DNA of 64,000 nucleotides, from NCBI GenBank assembly GCA_965237955.1, contig OZ250169.1, positions 6,848,001 to 6,912,000 of the forward strand. Reading direction: 5' to 3'. Under the pieces are notes generated by a model that worked only from the letters and a program-made list of their open reading frames with translations, searched no databases and had not been told where the DNA came from. Made by a program: the position numbers and the translations under genes. Origin of the DNA: Candidatus Marinacidobacterales bacterium. GTDB lineage: Bacteria > Acidobacteriota > Vicinamibacteria > Marinacidobacterales > SMYC01. Positions within the stretch are counted from its first letter, which is position 1; each line of letters starts with the position of its first letter. This document shows positions 33,629-43,686 of this stretch, piece after piece.

Positions 33629-34134
33629 AGGTCCGTCCTCCGTCGCACGAGCATCGCGGCGCCGAGGAGTGCTACCAAAAGCAGCACCGAGGCGACCTCG
33701 AACGGCAGCACATACTCCGTCATCAGCGAGCGACCGATCGTCGCCGTCGTCGGCCCGTCCCCGCGGGGGATCGCCGTCTGACTCCACGGTGTGCGCGTAA
33801 TGACGGTGGTCAACAACACGAACACCGTGAGCGAGACCAACGCGCCAGGGACGACCTGAAACGTCGACGTGCTCAAATTCAGATTGTAGATGCGGTTCGT
33901 CAGCATCACGCCGAACAGAATCAGCGTCAAGATCCCGCCGACGTAGATGAGAACTTGCGCACCCGCGAGAAAATCGGCGCCGAGCATGGCGTAGAAAACC
34001 GCGACGCTGAAAAACGTCGCCAGAAGCGCGAACGCCGAGCGCACCAGGTTCTTGCCGTGAACCACGAAGACGGCGGAACCGAGCATCAGCACCGCGAAGA
34101 CCCAGAAGATGATTTGGGGGGCGAGGGTTTCCAT
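33625..34134 (-). CDS. nuoJ: NADH-quinone oxidoreductase subunit J
   Basis: QVLIYVGGI, YVLPFEVASVLLLVALLGA. Confidence 0.93.
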   Translation of the reverse strand: METLAPQIIFWVFAVLMLGSAVFVVHGKNLVRSAFALLATFFSVAVFYAMLGADFLAGAQVLIYVGGILTLILFGVMLTNRIYNLNLSTSTFQVVPGALVSLTVFVLLTTVITRTPWSQTAIPRGDGPTTATIGRSLMTEYVLPFEVASVLLLVALLGAAMLVRRRTDL

Positions 34135-34139
34135 CGGTT

Positions 34140-34688
34140 CTAGCTTCCTCCCACCGCAACGGGTTCGGCCTTTTCCTCTTGCGGCGGCTCAGGCGGCGAT
34201 GGTTTCTCCTTGGCGAAGCGGTAGAGGAAATCGCTCTTGACGGTCTCGGCGAACTCGTACTCCGGCGTCATCACGATGCAGTCGGTGGGGCACGGGTAGA
34301 CGCAAAGATTGCAATAGCAGCAAAGCGACATGTCGATGTCGAACTGCACCACCTTCAGTTTGATGGCAGTTCCGTCGGCAGCGAAGATCGGCGCCTCGGT
34401 CTTCACCCGTTTCTCGTTCGTGATGTCGATGCAATCCACCGGGCAAACTTTCTCGCACTGCTTGCAGCCGATGCAGTCCTCGATCTTCACGTGCAGCCGC
34501 ATCCGCGAACGATCGCTCAAAAGACCTTTGGGCACGATATCGCCGGCGGATTCCCAGCGCTCTTCGGGGAGCTCATCGGACGTATATTGCTGGGTGATGT
34601 TAGGCATAAACAGGTGCGCGAACGTGACCCACATCCCCTTGGTGATCGTCTCGATGGCTGCCCAGAGATCTCCGAAATACTCTTTCAT
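34140..34688 (-). CDS. nuoI: NADH-quinone oxidoreductase subunit I
   Basis: CIGCKQCEKVCP and CCYCNLCVYPCP. Confidence 0.92.
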   Translation of the reverse strand: MKEYFGDLWAAIETITKGMWVTFAHLFMPNITQQYTSDELPEERWESAGDIVPKGLLSDRSRMRLHVKIEDCIGCKQCEKVCPVDCIDITNEKRVKTEAPIFAADGTAIKLKVVQFDIDMSLCCYCNLCVYPCPTDCIVMTPEYEFAETVKSDFLYRFAKEKPSPPEPPQEEKAEPVAVGGS

Positions 34689-34699
34689 CAGCTAGCCTT

Positions 34700-35839
34700 T
34701 CAGCTCCGAGCAACACCAATGAACGCGACCGCGACCAGGACGACGAACGCGATCGGGATCAGGTACTTCCAGCAAACCGCCATCATCTGATCGACCCGAA
34801 GCCTGGGAAGTGTCCACCGAAGCCACATTTGCACGAACACCAAAATCAACGTCTTGATGAAGAACGTAAGCGGCCCATCGAAAAACGGACCGACCCAGCC
34901 ACCGAGGAAGAGCACGACGGCGAGACCGGCAACGAGGAACATCGCCGCGTACTCCGCGAGGAAGAACATCGCGAAGCGTATCCCGCTGTACTCGGTGTGG
35001 AAGCCGGCGACGAGCTCGGATTCCGCCTCGGGGATGTCGAAGGGGTTGCGGTTCGTCTCCGCCAGACCACAGATAAAGAACATCACGAACGCGATCAGGT
35101 TCAGCGGGAACATCCGCGTCAGAAACCAGCGGTGCTCGCCCCAGACACCGTCCCTCTGTTCTGTGATGACCTCCTGCAAGTCCAAGCTTCCAACCTGGGT
35201 AACGACCGCGAGGATGATGATCGCGGTCGGGATTTCGTAGCTGACCATCTGGGCGGCCGAGCGCATCCCGCCGAAGAGCGCGTACTTGTTGTTAGACGCC
35301 CAACCCGCCATGAGGATGCCGATCGCCCCGAACGACGTGATCGCAATGATATAGAGAAGCCCGATGTTGAGATCCGAGACCACGAGACCGTCGCCCCAGG
35401 GTAAAACGGCGAAGCCCGCGAACGCCCCCATCACCACGATGAACGGCGCGAGCTTGAACAGGAAGCGATCGGCGCCGGTGACGATGATGTCTTCTTTGAA
35501 GACCAGCTTGAGGCCATCGGCGAAGCTCTGGAGTACGCCGTGCCAGCCCACCCGCATGGGACCGAGACGGTCCTGGATGTGCGCCGCCACCTTGCGCTCG
35601 AACCAGATCAAGAAGATTGGAAGCTGGGTGATGAGAAAAACGATCGCCCCCACGCCGAGGGCGGCAGCGACGACGGCCGCCATCGTGGCCGACAGGTTCG
35701 CTTGGAGCTGTTCGTTGATGAACGCCGCGATCTGCGGGACGAAGAAGATGACGACGAGCGCGACGAGCGCGCCGGCGATGACGATCGCCGACAGGAAGTT
35801 GGAGATGGTTGCTTCGAGTGCCGGTCGTTGCAAACCCAT
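34700..35839 (-). CDS. nuoH: NADH-quinone oxidoreductase subunit H
   Basis: ERKVAAHIQDRLGP, ETNRNPFDIPEAESELVAGFHTEYSG. Confidence 0.95.
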   Translation of the reverse strand: MGLQRPALEATISNFLSAIVIAGALVALVVIFFVPQIAAFINEQLQANLSATMAAVVAAALGVGAIVFLITQLPIFLIWFERKVAAHIQDRLGPMRVGWHGVLQSFADGLKLVFKEDIIVTGADRFLFKLAPFIVVMGAFAGFAVLPWGDGLVVSDLNIGLLYIIAITSFGAIGILMAGWASNNKYALFGGMRSAAQMVSYEIPTAIIILAVVTQVGSLDLQEVITEQRDGVWGEHRWFLTRMFPLNLIAFVMFFICGLAETNRNPFDIPEAESELVAGFHTEYSGIRFAMFFLAEYAAMFLVAGLAVVLFLGGWVGPFFDGPLTFFIKTLILVFVQMWLRWTLPRLRVDQMMAVCWKYLIPIAFVVLVAVAFIGVARS

Positions 35840-37017
35840 CAGCGATCAATCTCCCCGAGAACGATGTCGAGGCTCCCGATGATGGCAACCATGTCCGCGA
35901 TCATCTCTCCCTTCGCGAGCTCGTGGAAAAGACTCATCGCAACGAAGCACGGCGAGCGTCCTTTGACTCGATACGGTATGAGGCTTCCGTCGCTCACGAC
36001 GTAGAAACCGAGCTCCCCGCGAGGCGCTTCCGTGCGCCCGTACGCCTCGCCCGGCTTCGGCTTCACGCGCTTGGGAACGGCTTCGCGCACATCGTCTTCG
36101 GCGGGCATTTTCTCGATCGCCTGGCGGGTGATGCGGACCGACTGGCGCATCTCTTCCACCCGGACGTAGTACCGGTCCCAACACGAGCCGATGGGTCCAT
36201 AACGACCCTGACCTATTGGAGTATCGAACTCGTACTTCTCGTACCCGCAGTAGGGTTCTTCCTTGCGAACGTCCCACTTGATGCCCGAGCCTCTGAGGTT
36301 CGGTCCGGTGAGCGCGTAACTGACTGCAAGCTCGGGTGGGATGATCCCGACGTCCGCGGTGCGTTTGGTGAAGATTTTGTTGTAGCTCAGAAGCTCGTCG
36401 AGCTCGTCGATGACGGGCTCGAACTGATCGAGGAACACCAGCGCCCGGTCGGTCCAAGTGTCGGGAAGATCGTGCGACAGCCCACCGATCCAGTTGTAGT
36501 TGTAGAGAAGCCTGGCGCCGCAGAGCCACTCGAACAGATCGAGAACTTTCTCCCGCTCGCGAAAGCAATGGAGAAACGGCGTGAACGCACCGATGTCCAA
36601 GCCGTAGGTGCCGATGGCGAGTAGGTGCGATGCGATCCTCTGAAGCTCGGCTGTGATGACGCGGATCGCCTGGACGCGCTCGTTAAGCTCGATGCCCATG
36701 AGCTTTTCGACGGCCACGGCGTAGGTGAGGCTGTTGTTCATCGAGCCCACGTAATCCATGCGGTCGGCGAACGGGATGACGCCCTGGTAGTCGATGTTCT
36801 CCGCGTGCTTTTCGAAGTTCCGATGCAGGTAGCCGATGTGCGGTCGAGCGTCTTTGACGATCTCTCCGTCGGTCTTGAGCTCGATGCGCAGCACGCCGTG
36901 GGTCGACGGATGCTGCGGCCCCATGTTGAGGATCATCTCGCCTTCTTCGAGATCCTCGGGCTTGAAAAAGTACGCCTCGTCCGGCTCCAAGTCCTTGTAT
37001 TGGGTTTGGGTGCTCAT
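35839..37017 (-). CDS. nuoD: NADH-quinone oxidoreductase subunit D
   Basis: NMGPQHPSTHGVLR, GYLHR, DRMDY, DIVLGEIDR; no NiFe CxxC motifs. Confidence 0.95.
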   Translation of the reverse strand: MSTQTQYKDLEPDEAYFFKPEDLEEGEMILNMGPQHPSTHGVLRIELKTDGEIVKDARPHIGYLHRNFEKHAENIDYQGVIPFADRMDYVGSMNNSLTYAVAVEKLMGIELNERVQAIRVITAELQRIASHLLAIGTYGLDIGAFTPFLHCFREREKVLDLFEWLCGARLLYNYNWIGGLSHDLPDTWTDRALVFLDQFEPVIDELDELLSYNKIFTKRTADVGIIPPELAVSYALTGPNLRGSGIKWDVRKEEPYCGYEKYEFDTPIGQGRYGPIGSCWDRYYVRVEEMRQSVRITRQAIEKMPAEDDVREAVPKRVKPKPGEAYGRTEAPRGELGFYVVSDGSLIPYRVKGRSPCFVAMSLFHELAKGEMIADMVAIIGSLDIVLGEIDR

Positions 37018-37033
37018 TGTCCGGCCTCAGCTC

Positions 37034-37594
37034 TCAGTCGAACGGTCCTACACCGATGTTCTCGCCCTGCTGCGCGCGTTCCGAAAACTTCTCGTCGGGC
37101 TTGACTGGGATGCCGTGCCACTCGTCGGGCCACTCCCAATCTTTGCGAAGAGGATGTCCGGCCCAGTCTTCCGGAAGGAAGATGCGACGCAAATCGCTGT
37201 GGCCGACGAACTCGATGCCGAACAGGTCGTACGCCTCGCGTTCGTGCCAGTTCGCGGTCGGCCACACGCCTTCGAGCGTCGGCATCTTCGGTTTGTCGCG
37301 CGGCAAGATGACTTTCAACACGATCCAGTGACGGTGCTTGAGCGACGTCAGGTGAAGGACGACCTCGATCCGCGAGCTCTCCGGCTCCTTCTCGCTGAGG
37401 TAGTCCACTGCGGCGTGGCAGTGCAACATGTCGAACGCGAGCTCGGGCTCGTCGCGAAGATAGGTCGCGACGTCGACGATGGCGCCGGCATCGATGACGA
37501 GGAACGGATCCGGAACCTCGAGCTCGGCCCTGGTGATTTTCGCGGGAAACTTTTGCTCGATTTTTTTCTGAACGGCGGCAGCGTCGAGGCTCAA
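37034..37594 (-). CDS. nuoC: NADH-quinone oxidoreductase subunit C
   Basis: [30 protein letters not shown]. Confidence 0.93.
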   Translation of the reverse strand: MSLDAAAVQKKIEQKFPAKITRAELEVPDPFLVIDAGAIVDVATYLRDEPELAFDMLHCHAAVDYLSEKEPESSRIEVVLHLTSLKHRHWIVLKVILPRDKPKMPTLEGVWPTANWHEREAYDLFGIEFVGHSDLRRIFLPEDWAGHPLRKDWEWPDEWHGIPVKPDEKFSERAQQGENIGVGPFD

Positions 37595-38118
37595 ACAGGC
37601 ACCTCCTCCGTTACCGGCTTCTTCCGGCCTTCACGAGGATCGTCCATGAGTGAGCGTTCACGGATGACGTCCTGGAGCGCCATCACGCCGTAGAGAAGGG
37701 CTTCGGGCCGAGGCGGGCAACCGGGAACGTAGACGTCGACGGGAATGATCAGATCCACGCCCTTGACGACGTGGTAGCCGTACTGCCAGTAAGGACCACC
37801 GTTATTGGCGCAGCTCCCCATAGAAATGACGTACTTGGGTTCGGCCATCTGCTCGTAGAGGCGCTTGATACGGATCGCCATCTTGTGAGTCACCGTGCCC
37901 GCTACGATCATCAAGTCGGACTGGCGCGGGGTGGCGCGGGGGATGAGACCGAATCGATCCCAGTCGAAGCGGCTCGCACCCGCCGCCATCATCTCGATGG
38001 CGCAACAGGCCAAGCCGAACACCATCGGCCAAATGGCCGATTGGCGCGCCCAGTTCACGACGCTGTCCACCCGGGTGAGAACGAACTGTTGGTTGTCGAG
38101 GGATTTGATGAGATCCAT
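37591..38118 (-). CDS. nuoB: NADH-quinone oxidoreductase subunit B
   Basis: [23 protein letters not shown]. Confidence 0.95.
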   Translation of the reverse strand: MDLIKSLDNQQFVLTRVDSVVNWARQSAIWPMVFGLACCAIEMMAAGASRFDWDRFGLIPRATPRQSDLMIVAGTVTHKMAIRIKRLYEQMAEPKYVISMGSCANNGGPYWQYGYHVVKGVDLIIPVDVYVPGCPPRPEALLYGVMALQDVIRERSLMDDPREGRKKPVTEEVPV

Positions 38119-38136
38119 GTCGCTCCTTCGCGCTTT

Positions 38137-38547
38137 CTAGGCGGCTTTCACGTTTCCGGAGGTTGCTTTGAGGGCGGTGCGCTCTTCTTCGCGCACCCAC
38201 TCGAGATCGCCTTTGCGCCACACGTCGGCGAGTCCGAGCATGAGCATGCCAATAAAGATGAACCCGGCGATGAGCGCGGGCATGCCGAGCTCCTTGACTA
38301 CGACCGCCCACGGTATGAGCATGACCGCTTCTACATCGAAGATGAGAAACACGAGCGCGAAAACGTAAAAGCGAATGTTGAACTGAACCCCCCAGGGTGT
38401 ACCGACAGGGTTCTCGCCGCACTCATAGGGAAGGACTTTCTCGCGGGTCGGATTGTGCGGTCGCACGAGGCTGGACCCGATCACGGCGCCTCCCACGACC
38501 AGCGCGCCCACCGCGAGGAACATCAAGATCCCAATGTATTCGATCAT
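38137..38547 (-). CDS. nuoA: NADH-quinone oxidoreductase subunit A
   Basis: PYECGE, FLIFDVE, WRKGDLEW. Confidence 0.95.
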   Translation of the reverse strand: MIEYIGILMFLAVGALVVGGAVIGSSLVRPHNPTREKVLPYECGENPVGTPWGVQFNIRFYVFALVFLIFDVEAVMLIPWAVVVKELGMPALIAGFIFIGMLMLGLADVWRKGDLEWVREEERTALKATSGNVKAA

Positions 38548-38694
38548 CTCTTTAGACCCTCACCGAACGAATCCAAACAACCATTATTTCAGTGGGCCGG
38601 GTAGGCTGCAACAGGCAGCGGCTGAAACGAAAAAGTCTTTTGATTACAACGAATTCAAAGCGCCAATGCGCTTTTGTGGCCATACAAGTCGGGT

Positions 38695-38723
38695 ATTATA
38701 GCGATGGGCCCGAGAGGCGGCAA
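38695..38723 (-). promoter_or_regulatory. Putative sigma70 promoter of the nuo operon
   Basis: TTGCCG-17bp-TATAAT on minus strand. Confidence 0.6.
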
Positions 38724-39041
38724 GCCAAAAAAATCAGTCGTTTGGCGCGATGGTCTTGGCTCGAAACTTCTTCTCGCGGGTGAGCTCGACCGTTTGGAGC
38801 CTTTCGTACAAAGCTAGGCGCACCTCTTTTCACGGCGTGCGCGGCCGCCCGGCCCGTCATCGCCCACCTGTAGGCGCACCCGTGTGCGCGGACTTAAAGT
38901 GTTACTTGAATTGACTCGGTCCAGACGGGGAGTCCACCGCCTCCTTTCCCGGTGCTGAATTGGAAAGAAAAGCTCACCGGTAGAGAATGCGGAGGGAGAG
39001 GACAGTTGAGGGGGAAAGTGTGAGTAGACTTACCTTCCCGG

Positions 39042-40043
39042 CTAGCTCAGTTCCGCAATGACTGCGTCGGCGTACTCTTGCGTCGATGCTTGACCGCCGA
39101 GGTCCGGCGTGCGCACCTTTCCCGCCTCGAGGACGCGGAACGTCGCTTGGAGGATACGGTCCGCCGCTTCGTCTTCACCCAGGTGCCGCAACATGAGAAC
39201 ACCCGAGAACGTGAGCGCGGTGGGATTCGCGATTCCCTTTCCGGCGATATCGGGTGCGGAGCCATAGACCGCCTCGAACACCGCGTAGTCTTCTCCGATG
39301 TTCGCCGCGGGCACCATGCCGAGGCCGCCGACCAGGCCTGCGCACAGGTCGGAGACGATGTCACCGTAGAGATTCGACAACAGCAACACGTCGAACTGGT
39401 TCGGGTTCAACACGAGCTGCATCGCGAGGTTGTCGACGATCTTGTCGTCGAACTCGATACCGGGGTAGTCTTCGGAAACTTGGCGCGCTCTCTCGAGAAA
39501 GAGCCCGTCGGTGATCTTCATGATGTTGGCTTTGTGAACGGCGGTGACTTTCTTGCGCCCGCGCTTTTTCGCGTAGTCGAAGGCGAAGCGCGCGATGCGA
39601 TTCGACGCGTGCGCGGTGATGACTTTCAAGCCCTGACTGACGCCGGGCATGATCATGTGCTCGATGCCCGAGTACAGGTCCTCGGTGTTCTCGCGGACGA
39701 TGACGAGGTTGATTCCCTCGAAGCGGGACTCGACACCAGAAACGGTCTTCACCGGCCTCAAGTTCGAGTAGAGGTCGAGCTCTTTTCGGAGTGCCACGTT
39801 GGCACTCGGGAAACCTTCGCCGACGAGTGTGGTGAGCGGGCCTTTGAACGCGACTTTGTTCTCTCGAATAGAATCGAGAAGCGACGGCGGCAACGGGTTG
39901 CCGGTCTTCTCGTAGGTGCGAATTCCCGCCTCGTGCTCGATCCATTCGCAGTCTACGCCGCTCGCATCGATGATGCGCGTTGCCGCTTTCGAGATCTCGG
40001 GACCGATCCCATCGCCAGGGATCAACGTGATCTTGTACGTCAT
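39042..40043 (-). CDS. icd: Isocitrate dehydrogenase (NAD-type; isocitrate/isopropylmalate family)
   Basis: IPGDGIGPEI, KGPLTT..SANVALRK, RENTEDLY, HKANIMK, NLYGDIVSDL. Confidence 0.82.
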   Translation of the reverse strand: MTYKITLIPGDGIGPEISKAATRIIDASGVDCEWIEHEAGIRTYEKTGNPLPPSLLDSIRENKVAFKGPLTTLVGEGFPSANVALRKELDLYSNLRPVKTVSGVESRFEGINLVIVRENTEDLYSGIEHMIMPGVSQGLKVITAHASNRIARFAFDYAKKRGRKKVTAVHKANIMKITDGLFLERARQVSEDYPGIEFDDKIVDNLAMQLVLNPNQFDVLLLSNLYGDIVSDLCAGLVGGLGMVPAANIGEDYAVFEAVYGSAPDIAGKGIANPTALTFSGVLMLRHLGEDEAADRILQATFRVLEAGKVRTPDLGGQASTQEYADAVIAELS

Positions 40044-40081
40044 CGCCGTAAAAGTCTAACACGTTGTAAAATGCTAACCGG

Positions 40082-40798
40082 ATGAAGCTCACCGTCATCG
40101 TGCCCACGTTGAACGAAGCGGCGCATCTCGCGGCGTCGCTTTCTTCGCTTCCGCGAGAGGCGGAAGTCGTCGTTGCCGACGGCGGTAGTGTCGACGAAAC
40201 GATCTCGATGGCGACGCGCTCCGGTACCCGCGTCGTCACTGGCAGCAGGGGTCGCGCTTTACAGATGAACCGGGGCGCCGACGCCGCGCGCGGCGACACG
40301 CTACTCTTTCTGCACGCGGACTGCACGCTGGGCCCGGACGCTTACGACCAAATCCAAACTGAGCTCGACAACGACGACGTGGTAGGAGGCTCGTTCCGTA
40401 TGTCCATCCGCGACGCGAGCTGGGGCCTCAAATGGATCGCGGCAACCTCGAACGCCCGGGCGCGTTACCTACAGACGCCCTACGGCGATCAGGCGCTCTT
40501 CGTCCGACGAAGCGCGTTCGAGAAGCTCGGAGGCTTTCCCGACATTCCTTTCATGGAAGATGTCGCTCTCGTGCGAAAGCTCAAGCGTCTCGGGAAGCTC
40601 GTCTGTGTGGACGAAACCGTCACCACCGGCGCGCGCCACTGGAAACAACTGGGCCCTATGCGCACAACATTATTGAATTGGTCGATGGTAACGCTCTACC
40701 TGCTAGGGGTCCCCGCACAAAGATTGGAACCGTACTATCGCCGATTGCGTACGACCGCCTCGGCCGCGAAACCTGAAAAGGTGTTGTCGTCCTCGTGA
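40082..40798 (+). CDS. GT2 glycosyltransferase, TIGR04283-type
   Basis: PTLNEA, DGGSVD, QMNRGA, LFLHAD, YGDQALF, FMEDV. Confidence 0.85.
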   Translation: MKLTVIVPTLNEAAHLAASLSSLPREAEVVVADGGSVDETISMATRSGTRVVTGSRGRALQMNRGADAARGDTLLFLHADCTLGPDAYDQIQTELDNDDVVGGSFRMSIRDASWGLKWIAATSNARARYLQTPYGDQALFVRRSAFEKLGGFPDIPFMEDVALVRKLKRLGKLVCVDETVTTGARHWKQLGPMRTTLLNWSMVTLYLLGVPAQRLEPYYRRLRTTASAAKPEKVLSSS

Positions 40799-40801
40799 TC
40801 T

Positions 40802-40833
40802 AGCTTCCAGCTTCCAGTCACCAGCTGGAAGCT
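40802..40833. repeat. 7-bp-unit palindrome AGCTTCC x2...GGAAGCT between convergent genes
   Basis: AGCTTCCAGCTTCCAG-TCAC-CAGCTGGAAGCT. Confidence 0.55.
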
Positions 40834-40836
40834 GCC

Positions 40837-43089
40837 TCATTCAGAATTCTGAGCATCCACTGCTGCGATCGCGGCCATGTCGATGATCTCGTCGACTTCG
40901 GCGCCTCGTTGTAGCACGTGGACGGGCTTGTTCAGCCCGACGAGGATCGGGCCCACGGCCTCGGCGTCGGCTAGCCGCTGGATGAGCTTGTAGGCGATGT
41001 TGCCCGCTTCGAGGCAAGGAAACACGAGAACGTTTGCGGCTCGCTGCAAACGGCTGAAAGGGTACGTTTCAGCGAGGATCTCGTCGACCACCGCCGTATC
41101 CGCTTGCATTTCGCCGTCCACTTCGAGCTCGGGCGCTCGCTCGCGGACCATCTCGGTCGCACGGCGCACTCTCTCCGACAGCGGGTGCTTGGTGCTCCCG
41201 AAATTCGAGAACGACAGCATCGCGATGCGCGGTTCGACGTTGAATCGCTTCGCCACCTCGGCCGTCTGGATTGCGATATCCGCGAGCTCTTCGGCGGTAG
41301 GTTCGATGATGACGGTCGTATCCGCGAAGAACTTGACGTCGTTCTTGAACACCATCATGTAGACACCCGCGACCCGGGCTCCCGTCTTGACTCGAATGAC
41401 TTGCAGCGCCGGCCGGATCGTGTCCGGGTAGTGTTGGGTCAGCCCCGCGACCATCGCATCCGCGTCACCGCGGTGCACCATCATCGAGCCGAACATGTTC
41501 GGGTTGTGAAGAAGCGCCGGGGTTTCACTTCGGGTCACACCACGACGGTTGCGAACCTCGTAGAGCTCCTCGGCGTAGTCATCGAGCTTGTCGGAGTCGG
41601 TGGGATTGATGAACTCCATGCCGGCGGGATCGATCGCGAGCTCGTCGATTTTTTTCTCGATGACATCGCGCCTGCCGAGCAGAATCGGCGAGGCGATGCC
41701 TTCGTCCACGAGATGTTGCGCCGCACGCAGGATCTTGACCTCCTCGCCTTCGGGAAAGACGATGCGCTTGGTTTCCTGCTTCGCACGACCGATGACGGCG
41801 CGCATGACCGCCCGGTCTCGACCGAGGCGTGATTCGAGTTTTTCCGGGTACGCGTCGATATCGATCTCGGTGCGAGCCACGCCCGTCTCCATGGCCGCTT
41901 TCGCTACCGCCGGAGCCTCCCACGTCAGAACCCGCGGATCGAACGGCGTGGGGATGATGTAGCTCGGCCCGAACTGCATCGCGGCATTCTCAGCGCCGTA
42001 GGCCTTGATGACGACCTCGGGAACGTCCTCCTTCGCCAGATCGGCGAGCGCGTGGGTGGCGGCGAGTTTCATTTCCATGTTGATCGCCCGGGCACGGACA
42101 TCGAGCGCGCCCCGGAAGATGAACGGAAAGCCGAGCACGTTGTTGACCTGGTTAGGGAAATCCGAACGGCCGGTCGCCATGATCACGTCGTCCCGTACCG
42201 ACATGGCGTCTTCCCAGCTGATCTCTGGATCGGGATTGGCGAGCGCCATCACCAACGGCTTTTCCGCCATCGAGGCCACCATGTCCTTGCTGACGGCGTC
42301 TTTCACCGATAGCCCCATGAACGCGTCAGCGTTTTCGAGCGCTTCACCGAGCGATCGGAACTTCGTGTTCACTGCATAACGCTCCTTGTACGGATTCATA
42401 CCCTCCATACGCCCTTTGTAAATGACGCCCTTGGAGTCGCACATAATAATGTTGTCGTGCTGGATTCCGAGATTCTCGGCGAGCTCTGCCGAGGCCACGC
42501 CGCCCGCCCCGGCGCCGTTGATGACGAGCTTCACTTTCGCAGGATCCTTCCCCGCGATCTCGAACCAATTCAGAAGCGCCGCCCCGCAGATGATAGAGGT
42601 TCCGTGCTGGTCGTCGTGGAACACCGGGATGTCCATCTCTTTCTTGAGGGTCTCTTCGATATAGAAGCAGTCCGGCGCTTTGATGTCTTCGAGGTTGATG
42701 CCACCGAACGTCGGCTCGAGTGCTTTGACGACGCGAATGAGATCGTCGGGATCGCGCGCGTCGAGCTCGATGTCGAACACGTCGATATCGGCGAACGTCT
42801 TGAAGAGAACACCCTTGCCTTCCATGACGGGTTTCGCCGCCATAGGGCCGATGTTGCCGAGTCCGAGCACGGCGGTCCCGTTGGTCACGACTGCCACAAG
42901 ATTGCTTTTGGTCGTGTACGTAAACACGTCTTCCGGGTTCGACTTGATCTCAAGGCAGGGCTCGGCGACGCCGGGGCTGTACGCCAACCCCAGATCGCGC
43001 TGGGTACGCGTGGGTTTCGTCGCTCGGATTTCGATTTTCCCCGGACGGCCGCCGGAGTGGTAGTCGAGTGCGTCTTGTTTTCGGATCAT
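40837..43089 (-). CDS. maeB: NADP-dependent malic enzyme with PTA-like domain
   Basis: [30 protein letters not shown]; C-terminal DGEMQAD. Confidence 0.95.
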   Translation of the reverse strand: MIRKQDALDYHSGGRPGKIEIRATKPTRTQRDLGLAYSPGVAEPCLEIKSNPEDVFTYTTKSNLVAVVTNGTAVLGLGNIGPMAAKPVMEGKGVLFKTFADIDVFDIELDARDPDDLIRVVKALEPTFGGINLEDIKAPDCFYIEETLKKEMDIPVFHDDQHGTSIICGAALLNWFEIAGKDPAKVKLVINGAGAGGVASAELAENLGIQHDNIIMCDSKGVIYKGRMEGMNPYKERYAVNTKFRSLGEALENADAFMGLSVKDAVSKDMVASMAEKPLVMALANPDPEISWEDAMSVRDDVIMATGRSDFPNQVNNVLGFPFIFRGALDVRARAINMEMKLAATHALADLAKEDVPEVVIKAYGAENAAMQFGPSYIIPTPFDPRVLTWEAPAVAKAAMETGVARTEIDIDAYPEKLESRLGRDRAVMRAVIGRAKQETKRIVFPEGEEVKILRAAQHLVDEGIASPILLGRRDVIEKKIDELAIDPAGMEFINPTDSDKLDDYAEELYEVRNRRGVTRSETPALLHNPNMFGSMMVHRGDADAMVAGLTQHYPDTIRPALQVIRVKTGARVAGVYMMVFKNDVKFFADTTVIIEPTAEELADIAIQTAEVAKRFNVEPRIAMLSFSNFGSTKHPLSERVRRATEMVRERAPELEVDGEMQADTAVVDEILAETYPFSRLQRAANVLVFPCLEAGNIAYKLIQRLADAEAVGPILVGLNKPVHVLQRGAEVDEIIDMAAIAAVDAQNSE

Positions 43090-43197
43090 TTGGAGATTGT
43101 AACGCTATTGGCAAGGCGGCGGGGTTCTCGAGTGTCATTGCCGCCACCGCATCCACCACCGAACCGAACATAGGATAGACGCGAAAGGAGCAGGCCG

Positions 43198-43686
43198 ATG
43201 CGAGGATTGATATGGGGTTCAGTGTCGACGACGCTAGTGGTGGCCGTCGTCTCGGTGGCGAGCACCGCGTGCAACGTGCCTCAGGAGGGAGCGATGGATA
43301 ACGCAAAACTCCAGACCCTGATCGAAAGTCTTTCCCAAGACATCGAAGGCGAACCGGGCTACTGGTCGTTCACACTCGCCTCCCGCCAAGTCGTGGTCAT
43401 CACCGACGAGGCGGCGGATCGGATGCGGATCATGACGCCCGTCGTCGAGGATAGCCAGCTCCCGGCCGAGCAGGCGCGAACGCTACTCGCGGCGAATTTC
43501 GATCGCGCACTCGACGCACGCTACGCGGTATCGCGCGGATACGTGTGGTCCGCGTTCATCCATCCTTTGAGCGCGTTGAGCGAGGAGGAGTTCGTCGATG
43601 GAGTGCGGCAGGTCGTGACCCTCGCCGAGAACTACGGAACGAGCTACACGAGCACGGACCTCGTGTTCCAGGGCGGGCAGAATTAG
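43198..43686 (+). CDS. Secreted YbjN/T3SS-chaperone-fold-like protein
   Basis: DRMRIMTP, ANFDRALDARYA, WSAFIHPL, YGTSYTS. Confidence 0.7.
   Translation: MRGLIWGSVSTTLVVAVVSVASTACNVPQEGAMDNAKLQTLIESLSQDIEGEPGYWSFTLASRQVVVITDEAADRMRIMTPVVEDSQLPAEQARTLLAANFDRALDARYAVSRGYVWSAFIHPLSALSEEEFVDGVRQVVTLAENYGTSYTSTDLVFQGGQN

Noticed and set aside
33629-34159. N-terminally extended 278-aa NuoK and 388-aa SDR (54559) from the ORF track
   Set aside because: Extensions overlap nuoJ and groEL respectively; likely true starts are 33628 and 54949
35839-38118. Group 4 NiFe hydrogenase (Ech-like) interpretation of the reduced nuo cluster
   Set aside because: NuoD lacks both CxxC Ni-binding motifs and NuoB has the complex I tandem CC
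40082-40798. Arsenosugar or selenium pathway cluster around the TIGR04283 glycosyltransferase
   Set aside because: No partner radical SAM, methyltransferase or TIGR04282 gene in the window
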